From positions 736,001 through 800,000 of the forward strand of contig CH464491.1 of assembly GCA_000002445.1 (NCBI GenBank): DNA of 64,000 bases, in the 5' to 3' direction. Below, in pieces: positions 55,131 to 64,000 of this stretch. The notes beneath the pieces were generated by a model. The model was not told where the DNA came from and did not search any database. It saw only the letters and a program-made list of their open reading frames with translations. A program made the position numbers and the translations under genes. This DNA is from Trypanosoma brucei (taxonomy: Eukaryota). Each line of letters opens with the position of its first letter. The stretch's first letter is position 1.

Positions 55131-55799
55131 GACCTTCAACTAGTTTTCTTATACCTGTAACTCTCCAGAGTGGGCTTTTACTCAGCTATCCAAATTCTTT
55201 TTTACCTTTTCGGCGCTTCTTTTTAGTCCTTATACCACCTACCTTTCTCTGAGTTCGAGCGCTTAATTTGTAATGCACTTCTTCGCACGCTTGTTATAAC
55301 TTGTGTTTGTTTATCCACAACGTGCGACACCCCCAAAAAAAAAACAGAATAAAAACAGTGCGGACAACATAACAGCAGCAGGAACATGGCAGGGAAAAAG
55401 TGGTGTGGTAAATTTCAAATAAACCTAGCATAGTCATTTCCTAAAAAGGAAGTTAAGGATCAACTTTGTCACGAAAAGCTGTCGGAGAGGGTCAGAGAAA
55501 AGCAGTATGAGGGTAGCAGAAGCATCCATGGAGATACAAACAGACGCGAAAACATATTAGAATTAAATGGCAAAAAGGGGTGATACGCCCGTCGACGCCG
55601 CTGCTTTCACCCACCGTCATCCCTCACCGCAGTACTCAGCTGAGTCACAGGGAAATGGGGGAAGAATAGAGGGCAAATTAAGGGGAGCAGCTCCCGCTGT
55701 TCCCCCTCCGTTACCGTGTTATCTCACCTGCTAACTGAACAGTACGCCCCGCACGCGTTTCGAAACAAACGCACGTAACCACCGCGTTCCCAGTCCGGC

Positions 55800-57785
55800 C
55801 TATTTTACTCGATCACTCCTCTTCTTCGTGGAGAAATACGCATTAACCACGTTGTGACGCACACTCTCCACTGTGGCACCGTGCGCCTCAATCCGCTGGC
55901 GAAGCCCATCCATCATCACCTCAGCCATAACTTCCGCCGTTACAGATGCATCACTACAGCATCTGTTGCACTGACCGTACCAGTCCACCCACCACTGTGG
56001 CATATTAGGTGGATAGTAGTTGTCTGGGAGAAGACTAGGCATAAAGTCCTCTTCCACTCCGCGCACAATCCACGCACGTCGGCGGTTGCGCTCTTCCTCC
56101 ATCAACAGTTCTCTCTGTGATTCGGCTCCTGGCTCCTTTATGGAGCAATAGGAGGGCTCTGCTCCACGGGGAGCCACTCGCTGCTTGTAGCGCTCCTTCA
56201 CTTCATCATAAGCGCGTGCGATCCTATCCCCCAGAAAGTGCCGCCATGAGGAATATGAGTGGGGTGGGCTTCCGGTACGGCCGCCACTGCTGCTTCTTGA
56301 CGTTGAACCTGACCTTTCTGCGTCGTTGCATAAGTCATTTGCCTCGAAGCCAGGTGACGCCCCATCCTCCCGCCCCCTCTTAACAGCGATCCCACGCTGG
56401 AAAGAGTGGACCACAACTTGACTTCCTATCGGAGTCTCGCGTGAACGACTAAGAGTACGGTTTGGAGACACTGTACCACAGCTCTGAGTACTCTCTGTGC
56501 TTGAAGGGTCCGAAGAGTCTTCTTGTTGGGACGAAGAGGAACGACTCGCTTCCTTGTGATAATTTCTGTAGTCGTCAAGGAGATAACCCACGGTATGAGC
56601 AATGCCCATCAAATCATCCTTCTGTCCCATTGGCTTACCCAGGAAACCATTCAAGCTATGCCACCAACCGCCATATGGTCGCTCATAAAGGGTAGCTTCT
56701 GTAGAGTCGCTTGCGTCAATCGTCCCACGTCCAAAGTCAACCATCTTAAACATGAAAACAGGAGGACAACAGTGTGAAGGTGCTTTGTCTTTGTGATCAT
56801 TTGCATTAACAAGTCCGCTACAATCGTTGGCGACTTGAAGTTCAGTTTCATTCCAACAGAAATTCTCTGGCTTTACGCTGCGGTGTACTAATCCCCTTTT
56901 GTGAAGAGCACTAAGTGTTCTTAGCATCTCAATTCCCACTAAGCACAGTTCACCCTCATATAAAATGAAGTCACCCGTAAAGTCAAATAGGTCGAGTCCA
57001 AGAAGTTCCAGTCCAATAGCGACATGACCTTCTACTTGTTTAACAAAGAAGAGTTTCGGGCAAGGGGGTGGGGAAAGACACGTGTTAGACAACAACGGTG
57101 ATTCTCTGCATGTGGATGACTCGCACTTGGGGTCGCTGATGTCGCCCTCAACATCTGCGGCTACAAGATCACCCTTCCAACACTCACGGCACGAATGAAG
57201 GTACTCCAGACAGGACACTTCGCGCTGCACATGTTTTGAGAGTGAGTTCATTAATTTCACTGCGATGGGAATTGGTGCCACTGTTTCCCTGGCACCACCC
57301 AAATGCCCCTGAGGGACGCAGCAGTCGTTGGAGGAATCCTGTAATTGTTCTGCAGCATGAGAAGCCGTTCCACCCTCCTCACCATCATGTTCATGGCCGT
57401 TATTGGGCATCATATGTGCCAAGAACACTTGTCCATTGTTCCCGTGACCAAGTGACCGCACAATACGGGCGGGGATAGGTAAATTCTCCAATACACCCGA
57501 TTGTACCCGCGGTGTCGACATTGACGACGATGAGGTGCCAAATGTTGAGGAGTCGGTGCATGGGATTGTTGGAGATGGAGACCGCTCCCCACCTTGATTC
57601 GCACTGCTGAGGGAGCAGTTGACTGCCAACGCATCTCCATGCATCCGTGATATTGACCCCCAGTACTCCTCGACAGCACCTCCTGTCGTCTGATGGGCCC
57701 GCCTACCACCTGAAACGCAACGCGGCCGCCTGAGAGGCATCTCCCCGCTGCAAGATTGAGTTCCGCTAATCTTTCCTGCTAGCAT
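55800..57785 (-). CDS. casein-kinase-1-like protein kinase or pseudokinase (HRS catalytic-loop variant) with long N- and C-terminal extensions
   Basis: Gly loop LGHGNNGQVF, VAIK-like IPIAVKL, and catalytic loop LVHRSVKPENFCW (CK1 has HRDIKPDNF). Also DFG in MVDFGRG, and a CK1-like segment YERPYGGWWHSLNGFLGKPMGQKDDLMGIAHTVGYLL (CK1: [32 protein letters not shown]). The Ser codon AGC was verified in the DNA at 56886-56888. Confidence 0.6.
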   Translation of the reverse strand: MLAGKISGTQSCSGEMPLRRPRCVSGGRRAHQTTGGAVEEYWGSISRMHGDALAVNCSLSSANQGGERSPSPTIPCTDSSTFGTSSSSMSTPRVQSGVLENLPIPARIVRSLGHGNNGQVFLAHMMPNNGHEHDGEEGGTASHAAEQLQDSSNDCCVPQGHLGGARETVAPIPIAVKLMNSLSKHVQREVSCLEYLHSCRECWKGDLVAADVEGDISDPKCESSTCRESPLLSNTCLSPPPCPKLFFVKQVEGHVAIGLELLGLDLFDFTGDFILYEGELCLVGIEMLRTLSALHKRGLVHRSVKPENFCWNETELQVANDCSGLVNANDHKDKAPSHCCPPVFMFKMVDFGRGTIDASDSTEATLYERPYGGWWHSLNGFLGKPMGQKDDLMGIAHTVGYLLDDYRNYHKEASRSSSSQQEDSSDPSSTESTQSCGTVSPNRTLSRSRETPIGSQVVVHSFQRGIAVKRGREDGASPGFEANDLCNDAERSGSTSRSSSGGRTGSPPHSYSSWRHFLGDRIARAYDEVKERYKQRVAPRGAEPSYCSIKEPGAESQRELLMEEERNRRRAWIVRGVEEDFMPSLLPDNYYPPNMPQWWVDWYGQCNRCCSDASVTAEVMAEVMMDGLRQRIEAHGATVESVRHNVVNAYFSTKKRSDRVK

Positions 57786-58504
57786 AGATGATGTTTAACT
57801 GGCTACCTAACACTACGTTTATGCACTTGAAAATTTTTTTTCAAAAAAGAATTTTTTAAAGGAAAAAAAAAAGCTCGATCCACTTGCGCACTCGCGTCTG
57901 CAATGGGAGATATACACTTAAGCGAACACAAACAGGTGCGTAAATTGAGAGAAAGCTTGAGCAGTAACAGGTTAGAGCATCCAGTGCCAAAAAAAAAAGA
58001 AATTGAACATTAAAGCATGTGCTTCCATCATGCTTTGTGACTGGAAATATGGGGAAAAGAAGGAGTGCCATGCGTTTCTCACGCGAACAGAAGTAGGGAG
58101 AAATTAGCCCAAAACGGTACAAATACATTCGCAGAAATGCATATCTAATTATTATGCAGTGAGTGCGCACACTTCACAGCGCTTATTGTTTCCCCTACCT
58201 GCATCCAAGTGATTGGTTGCTGCAGTATTCTCCAATGCGCAAGTAGTCCTTCCCTCGCCCCTCGCGTTGTCAGTTGATAACCACTACCTAATCGCTGCTT
58301 CTCCACTCTATAGGTTGCTAGAATCCCACTTTTTTCCATCTAATATATCTCCTTTTACATCATACATAACCAGTAAAAAAAAAACAACATACACACTTCC
58401 CCCAAACAAATGGAATGAGGCCACTGCTGCATTCCCCACCACTGGCAAGTCCCTCGCTTCACCTCACCAACGTATGTTCGACAAACATTTGTTTCTGATG
58501 CTGC

Positions 58505-60634
58505 TCACTCTTTCGTCTCTTTTTCATTTGGAGACCGTTGCCTAAAGCCAGCGGCCGCTGCCGCCGGGGCCTTTCGGTCTAGTTCTTCTGGCTTCATTCG
58601 CACCATATCGATGACAGCAGGCAACACAAAGTTGTCTAGAACATCGCACACGAGGTTCTCTGCCACTTCTGGATCGCTCAATATGTTGCTTGTTGGTGGG
58701 GGCAGTTGCTCTAAGCGCTGACACTCTGCTTCAATGGCTTCTTCCATCGCACACTCCTCAGCCACTGTGGCATAGAGGTCATGAGAGTAACACTCAACAA
58801 TATCTTCGATGGCACGAACATAAGCGGCGTACTGCACAGCCTCTTTGTCGTGTAGAATACGCTCCTGTGCACGCAACTCAGCCTCTCTGGCCTCACGCTC
58901 GGCACGGACAGCTTCTGCTTCGTGCCGCAACGCCTCCAATGCAAGAAGATCTTGCTGCCGTGTCATCTCATGGAACAGGTAGTCAAGTGTGTCGCATATG
59001 ATGTCACCCTGAGCCTCATTTCCTATACTGTCAGCTATAGCCTCACGCATCTTTTCTTCCGCTTCCGCCTGCTTCTCTTCAGCACTGCGTTCGGCGTATT
59101 TGGCATTCGACGCGGCTTGAAGCTCCTCAATAAGACCACGGCAGCGCTCCTTTCCATCGAAGAAGTCGTTCTGCACGGCACGACCCCGAAGAAGGCGTTG
59201 AAGAAGTGTGCAGCTTTCCTCCACAGCCTCATTGACGTCACCCTCCAATTCCAACGTTGGGGTATCAGGCCGCTGTGGTCGTGGAGTGGCACGGTACAGC
59301 TCAAGCACACGAATAGTCTCCGCAGGAGTATCACTTTTGTGAATTTTCGCATGAACATATTCCAGAGCCTCCACCACACGTGTGGCCTCCCGGCGCTGGT
59401 ACAACGACGGCAGTGAGTTTATAGCGTGGTTCTCTGGTGCAGCAAAAGCATTAGGGGCAATTTGCTGAATCTTAGGTATCTTATTTGCCTCTAATTCTGC
59501 GATACCGCCCTCATACTTCAGCATTGCGGGCTGAATATCATACTGCCTGTAATTTCTCAGTGGCTTCCGAGACCGGTCTCTCCGAGGTGACGCAGAAGCG
59601 GAACCACCGCCGTTGTTGGTGCATAATTGCGGTTCCACGGCACCGGTACCTCTTCTAGCATAGGTTTGGATCAGATCGGGTTTCCGCTTGAACGTTTCAA
59701 TGGGATCCACCGCGTACAAGCCGCGGCCAGCGGCAGCAGGCGCCTTTGAAGCCTGCTCAGCAAGCGCTTTACGTCCCATCCCAACGCGTTTTGACTCCAT
59801 TTGCTCAATGACCCGCTGTAAATTGGCCAAGCGCTGTTCTTTCACTTTCTCCAACCGTTGACGGTTTAACTCATCCCGCGCTCTTTCCCTCTCCTGAAGT
59901 GCTTCGTGAATTTGATCAAGACGCCGTTTCCTCAAATTTTCAAAATGTTGTTCTCGCTCTTCCCTCTCCTTGACCTCCAAGTCATACAACTTACAGAAGT
60001 TCTCCATCTTTGCTTCTTTACTCGTTTCGTCCAACAAAGACGCTTCCACTGCACGCCTGCGACGGAGCCGCTGGATGAGCTCTACCTCCTCCTTCCCCGC
60101 AGGTAGGCCTTCATTCCAGTGTAACTCCATGAGTCCAAGCACCTGAGGATTGGGGTCACCTCCTTCGGGAATGTAATAATTAGGGGTATATGGTAACGTC
60201 TGGGCTTCATTCTCCCGGAAGACCGTTTGCATGGCGGCGTCACACTTCCCATCGGTTCCAATGGTGCTAGCCAGTTTTTCTACACGTTTTGTACGTTGTG
60301 GTGGAAGCTTTACCGATTTAGCCTTCACAGGATGTGGTGGAGCCGCTCCGGCACGACGCGGAAGCGACGGCAGGTGATGAGGTGGGCCAACTAATCCCGC
60401 TGCCATCGAGGTGGGGCGGTCAAATCGAGTTTCCGCAAATGTACGAGGCAGATTCGGGGTAGTTGGTGCAGTTGCACTAAAGCGAACGGTATCTATACCC
60501 GAGTATCGCATTGGTACACCAGCGACCTCCACAGGTGGCCTAAAATACCGAACGCGGTCACGCCCTCCCACTTCCGCCGTGAAACCATTTGCACCCAACA
60601 CCGACGCTGGTTTCTGCTGCGTTCGGTAGTACAT
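58505..60634 (-). CDS. hypothetical coiled-coil protein (709 aa)
   Basis: Long ORF. The track start at 60709 is GTG and the first ATG is at 60634 (MYYRTQQK). The C-terminal half is strongly heptad-like (E/R/A/L-rich), and the N-terminal region is Pro-rich. Confidence 0.45.
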   Translation of the reverse strand: MYYRTQQKPASVLGANGFTAEVGGRDRVRYFRPPVEVAGVPMRYSGIDTVRFSATAPTTPNLPRTFAETRFDRPTSMAAGLVGPPHHLPSLPRRAGAAPPHPVKAKSVKLPPQRTKRVEKLASTIGTDGKCDAAMQTVFRENEAQTLPYTPNYYIPEGGDPNPQVLGLMELHWNEGLPAGKEEVELIQRLRRRRAVEASLLDETSKEAKMENFCKLYDLEVKEREEREQHFENLRKRRLDQIHEALQERERARDELNRQRLEKVKEQRLANLQRVIEQMESKRVGMGRKALAEQASKAPAAAGRGLYAVDPIETFKRKPDLIQTYARRGTGAVEPQLCTNNGGGSASASPRRDRSRKPLRNYRQYDIQPAMLKYEGGIAELEANKIPKIQQIAPNAFAAPENHAINSLPSLYQRREATRVVEALEYVHAKIHKSDTPAETIRVLELYRATPRPQRPDTPTLELEGDVNEAVEESCTLLQRLLRGRAVQNDFFDGKERCRGLIEELQAASNAKYAERSAEEKQAEAEEKMREAIADSIGNEAQGDIICDTLDYLFHEMTRQQDLLALEALRHEAEAVRAEREAREAELRAQERILHDKEAVQYAAYVRAIEDIVECYSHDLYATVAEECAMEEAIEAECQRLEQLPPPTSNILSDPEVAENLVCDVLDNFVLPAVIDMVRMKPEELDRKAPAAAAAGFRQRSPNEKETKE

Positions 60635-61169
60635 GTAAGAGGTAGCGACTTTATGGTACGCAGGAGTAAGTGAAAAATAAAGTACGTTGAAGGGGCAACA
60701 CGCCTGCACACGCTATATTTCTTATAGCGCAACCTCTTGTGGGCCCCACCGACGCGTTTTCTCACCCCACCGTGGATGAGAAAGTGATGAACCACAGAAA
60801 AAGAAAAAGAAGTTTCTAACAACTTTCCTACAGCGAAAAAAAAAACAGGAAAACAAAGAAAAAAAGGGCAAGGGGGAATAGTTTCGTTTGCGCAATAAAA
60901 GGTTAACCGAGTACAAAACTGCAGCACATAGCGGAATACAAAAATGAAGCAACCTCCTCTGGTGGGGCCGCACCAAGCACTAAGGGAGGGGACACAAAGG
61001 GAAACGGTAACAATTCTCAAAAGAAAATACAGGTTGAACACGAACAAGGATCAATTGTTGAGCTCAAAAATATATATAATTAAAACGCGGCGAACAAGAA
61101 TCAAACAATATCCAAAGAACCAACATCAATTGCATCGTGTCTTCTGCAATCACACTCTTGCGATAGAAA

Positions 61170-61985
61170 TCACGACTCCGCAGCATTCCAGCGGAAGATC
61201 GACGGCTTCACACGTCTATTTACCCGTGTTAGGTAAGGTCTAAACGTGTAGAAGGTGTATATCATAAACGGTAAACGAATGAATTCAAGCATTTCATTGA
61301 TAACGAAGGCAAACCCAAAGTTTATGTAAGTTCCCCATGCTTCTACGCGGCTGTAGAACCACTCCTTTTCAACATAACCACCAAGGAAGAAGTACATATA
61401 TTCGTAAGCAGCCTCTTTCTTGAAGAATCCTGTCGCAAATCCAATATACAATCCAAACAAACAACCCAAGTATGCACTGACGTAAAACAGGGTGAAGGCA
61501 ATACCTTGACGTTTAAAGAAATCAATCCCTTTCCTCCACCGCCGCGCGTCATCATACCGAAAGCGGTCCATTTCGGTATCAAAAATGCGGTCGGTTTCTT
61601 CCGCAACTTGTGTGAATCGGTCTCGTCGTGCCTTCGATTCCCTCTGTAGTTTATCCTTCACTGGATTTACTGAAGCGACGTGGTCATTCACTTCACTCAT
61701 GTAGTCTTTCGTGCTCTTAGTTATCCATGGTGCAGCTGTAGCCCGCTTGCGTGTATTGATACCACGCAGTGTGGCAGATGTTTGCTCAAACTGCACAAAA
61801 CGCACAGCCACAAAAAGGGCGCCAGAAAAGGAGCAGGAGGCGGACGAAATATTTGACAGGGTGTTGGAACCATCCGAAAGTCCCCTTCCTCCCAGTTTCA
61901 CACGCGAAAGAGGTAAGCGAAATGTTGCGCTAGAAGCGCATCGCAGTGGACACTTGCGATGCCAGAAAGCTTTAACGGGGCTCAT
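61170..61985 (-). CDS. small hypothetical membrane protein (start ambiguous: 61985 or 61700)
   Basis: The C-terminal 110 aa hold two or three hydrophobic helices (GIAFTLFYVSAYLGCLFGLYIGFATGFF; WGTYINFGFAFVINEML). The frame is open up to 62294 but has no ATG there. In-frame ATGs are at 61985 and 61700. A polyY tract lies at 62398-62432 on the minus strand. Confidence 0.4.
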   Translation of the reverse strand: MSPVKAFWHRKCPLRCASSATFRLPLSRVKLGGRGLSDGSNTLSNISSASCSFSGALFVAVRFVQFEQTSATLRGINTRKRATAAPWITKSTKDYMSEVNDHVASVNPVKDKLQRESKARRDRFTQVAEETDRIFDTEMDRFRYDDARRWRKGIDFFKRQGIAFTLFYVSAYLGCLFGLYIGFATGFFKKEAAYEYMYFFLGGYVEKEWFYSRVEAWGTYINFGFAFVINEMLEFIRLPFMIYTFYTFRPYLTRVNRRVKPSIFRWNAAES

Positions 61986-61993
61986 TCCCAAAA

Positions 61994-62013
61994 ACACACA
62001 CACACACACACAC
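61994..62013. repeat. (CA)10 microsatellite just upstream of the candidate ATG at 61985
   Basis: Direct reading: aaaacacacacacacacacacaccag. Confidence 0.9.
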
Positions 62014-62397
62014 CAGAGTTTCTCCCAGCTACAGAGGCACCAAGCACCTGCTCTCAAAGGATGGAGCCAAAAGCGCACACGCTTTTTAAAGTTACCTGAG
62101 GTTCTGTGGGCTTTTTGCTCTTCCTGCAGTGATCTCGGCTGTTCACACGGCGCTAACAATACGGACAATACCTGAATTTTCTTCCCTGTTGTTGTTGTTG
62201 TTATTTCAAACACTGGCTGCCACCGCAAACGAAAGGGCTCCAACTGACTTATTGATTCAAAAAATCTTTCTGGGGCCCGATCACCAACTTTCACGCTTCA
62301 ACTCTTCTCTTCGGCGCCGCCAGTCTGCCAATTGCGGGAGCGGCAACAACTCACAAGGAAGGTAGGTAAACAGTTACCCAGTTAATGAGCATAGAGC

Positions 62398-62432
62398 GAC
62401 AACAAAAAAAGAAAAAGAAAAAAAAGAGAGCA
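62398..62432 (-). promoter_or_regulatory. polypyrimidine tract (minus strand) upstream of the 61170 gene
   Basis: Plus strand gacaacaaaaaaagaaaaagaaaaaaaagagagc. Confidence 0.35.
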
Positions 62433-62895
62433 ATGAAGAAAGTGGTGGCGAAAGTTAATCACGGAGACCGACATTATGTTTTATATACCGAATATACAGC
62501 ACTGCAAAACACATACAAGAAGAAGAAACAAAAGGAACACACTGTACGTAGCATCCAGAGAAAAACAAAAGCAGAAGCACGGGCAGACGTATTGCGAGTG
62601 ATGGTAGGTAAAAATACATGATGCTCCCACAAAATGCAAGTTCGCGCAAATTTGCACTGGAGAGGGTGTCGCATGGTGCCCCAGCGTCCACCTCCATCAT
62701 GTGTGCCGATCCTGTAATTACACTACCCGAATTCACAAGAAAATAACAATACACACAAACCGCTATAACACATTTTCTTTTTTTTTTTGGAAAAGCAACC
62801 GAACGAACGCATATGTGAATGATATATATATATGTGTGTGTGTGTGTGGCTGTTATTCACAGGCACAACAAGACTCGAAACCCCTTCTTTTGTCT

Positions 62896-63696
62896 TTACC
62901 GTGAAGGGTAATGTTGCAACCTTTGAGGCGAGGGCATCGCATCACCAACAGTCTCCAACTCAACACCCTCCGCCGCTGCGTCATCAAAAACTGGCGGAAC
63001 TCCTCCCACTTTCCCGTTAGCCTTTCGCGTCGCTGAAGATGTGCCAAAAAAAAGGGCTGGAGAAGCGGAGTCACGCGCAGCGCGGGGAAGTTCATCCAGA
63101 AGTCCCGTATCCTCATCTACATCGTCAGCAGATATACCCGAGGCATCTTCGTAATCATCATCGCCAGAGGTTTCATTGTCATATTCAACTTCCCTCTTGC
63201 TATCATAATCAATATCAACACCACCAACATCTTCCTCATCCCTTCCGACGTCGCTAAACCCGTCACCAGATGCAGCAAAGATACTTACGAGACTAACCTC
63301 ACCACCGCCGCTTTGACTGCTGCAACCAATTAAAGTGCCGCTCATAACATCCGTGGGTTCCGATTCCATCACAGTTCCGCTACTGTTCTCATCAGAAGAG
63401 GTAAAACCGCTGTCAACCTTAATATCAACACTATCATAACGGTAATGATTCATATTATTTTTGTGCTCATCAGTACTGTGCCAAGCGGGCCACCCCGAGC
63501 CCACATCCACAAACATATCCTCAACGCTTACTAAAGGACGTGTGGCGGTATTTGTCGTCACATCACCCCACAAAGTGGCTGCCGCACGTGAATCCTCTGT
63601 TTTATGTTTTGACAAAATAACTAAACTGTCAGATATCATTCGTCGGTGCCCATAGCGGAAGGAAGAAACAGTAAGAGCAGCACAGCGGAGCACCAT
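62896..63696 (-). CDS. hypothetical acidic protein (266 aa)
   Basis: ATG verified at 63694-63696 and the stop TAA at 62896-62898. Rich in D/E/S, with acidic runs (DVDEDTGLLDE, SGDDDYEDASG). Confidence 0.4.
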   Translation of the reverse strand: MVLRCAALTVSSFRYGHRRMISDSLVILSKHKTEDSRAAATLWGDVTTNTATRPLVSVEDMFVDVGSGWPAWHSTDEHKNNMNHYRYDSVDIKVDSGFTSSDENSSGTVMESEPTDVMSGTLIGCSSQSGGGEVSLVSIFAASGDGFSDVGRDEEDVGGVDIDYDSKREVEYDNETSGDDDYEDASGISADDVDEDTGLLDELPRAARDSASPALFFGTSSATRKANGKVGGVPPVFDDAAAEGVELETVGDAMPSPQRLQHYPSR

Positions 63697-64000
63697 TAAT
63701 AAAATATATCACAAAGCGGCACCAGGCGTTACGCGGCGTTACAGTTCCTGACCTTGTGTCTTCCAGGTAGGGGCGACTAACCTCCGCGATGTTCCTTCTT
63801 TTCTTTCTTTTCTTTTTCTTTTTTTTTTTACTTACCCCCTTTTCTCTTGCTTCGTATTCGTTTAAAGATGTGGCCGTATGGAGGAAGTTAGAGTTACCGC
63901 AGTGCCGCACGGTTTCGCCTCCCCACCTCCCTCCCTTCAGACACGCACACACACTTCCGTTGCTTTCACCTCTCGTATCCGCAGTAAAGGGGAAAAAGCA

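Overview
This window looks like trypanosomatid nuclear DNA, most likely a Trypanosoma brucei-group core chromosomal region. Three things support that. About 24 protein-coding genes sit head-to-tail on the minus strand, with none credible on the plus strand, as in a Pol II polycistronic unit. There are no introns. Intergenic spacers carry polypyrimidine tracts followed by AG, and (CA)n/(TA)n microsatellites. Several proteins match kinetoplastid proteins I recognise: acetate:succinate CoA-transferase (ASCT), UDP-glucose 4-epimerase (GalE), mitochondrial HSP90 (TRAP1) and GRASP. From memory, ASCT and GalE are near neighbours on T. brucei chr 11; I treat this as inference, not a database result.

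Other recognisable genes are a CDC45 homolog, a DPH2-like diphthamide synthesis protein, a GNL3/Nug1-like circularly permuted GTPase and an FG-repeat nucleoporin. There is also an RBBP6/Mpe1-like protein with a DWNN fold and a RING finger, a MYND zinc-finger protein, and a CK1-like kinase carrying HRS in place of the catalytic HRD motif. The rest are hypothetical proteins, several of them coiled-coil or membrane proteins.

I saw no rRNA, tRNA, SL-RNA, snoRNA, CRISPR array or transposon ORF by eye; snoRNAs cannot be excluded without a covariance search.

The ORF track uses GTG/TTG as starts in many places. I moved CDS starts to the first plausible ATG downstream of a polypyrimidine/AG splice-acceptor context where I could verify it.

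The most notable non-genic or unusual items are these. A near-perfect 105-bp x ~6.3 tandem repeat encodes a 35-aa coiled-coil repeat protein. A 36-bp x ~6 repeat encodes EGEA-type acidic repeats. A 3.2-kb extremely AT-rich, strand-asymmetric intergenic block lies downstream of ASCT and is a probable long regulatory 3'UTR. Trinucleotide-repeat-encoded polyQ and polyD tracts sit inside CDC45. One frame stays open for about 100 codons upstream of its first ATG.
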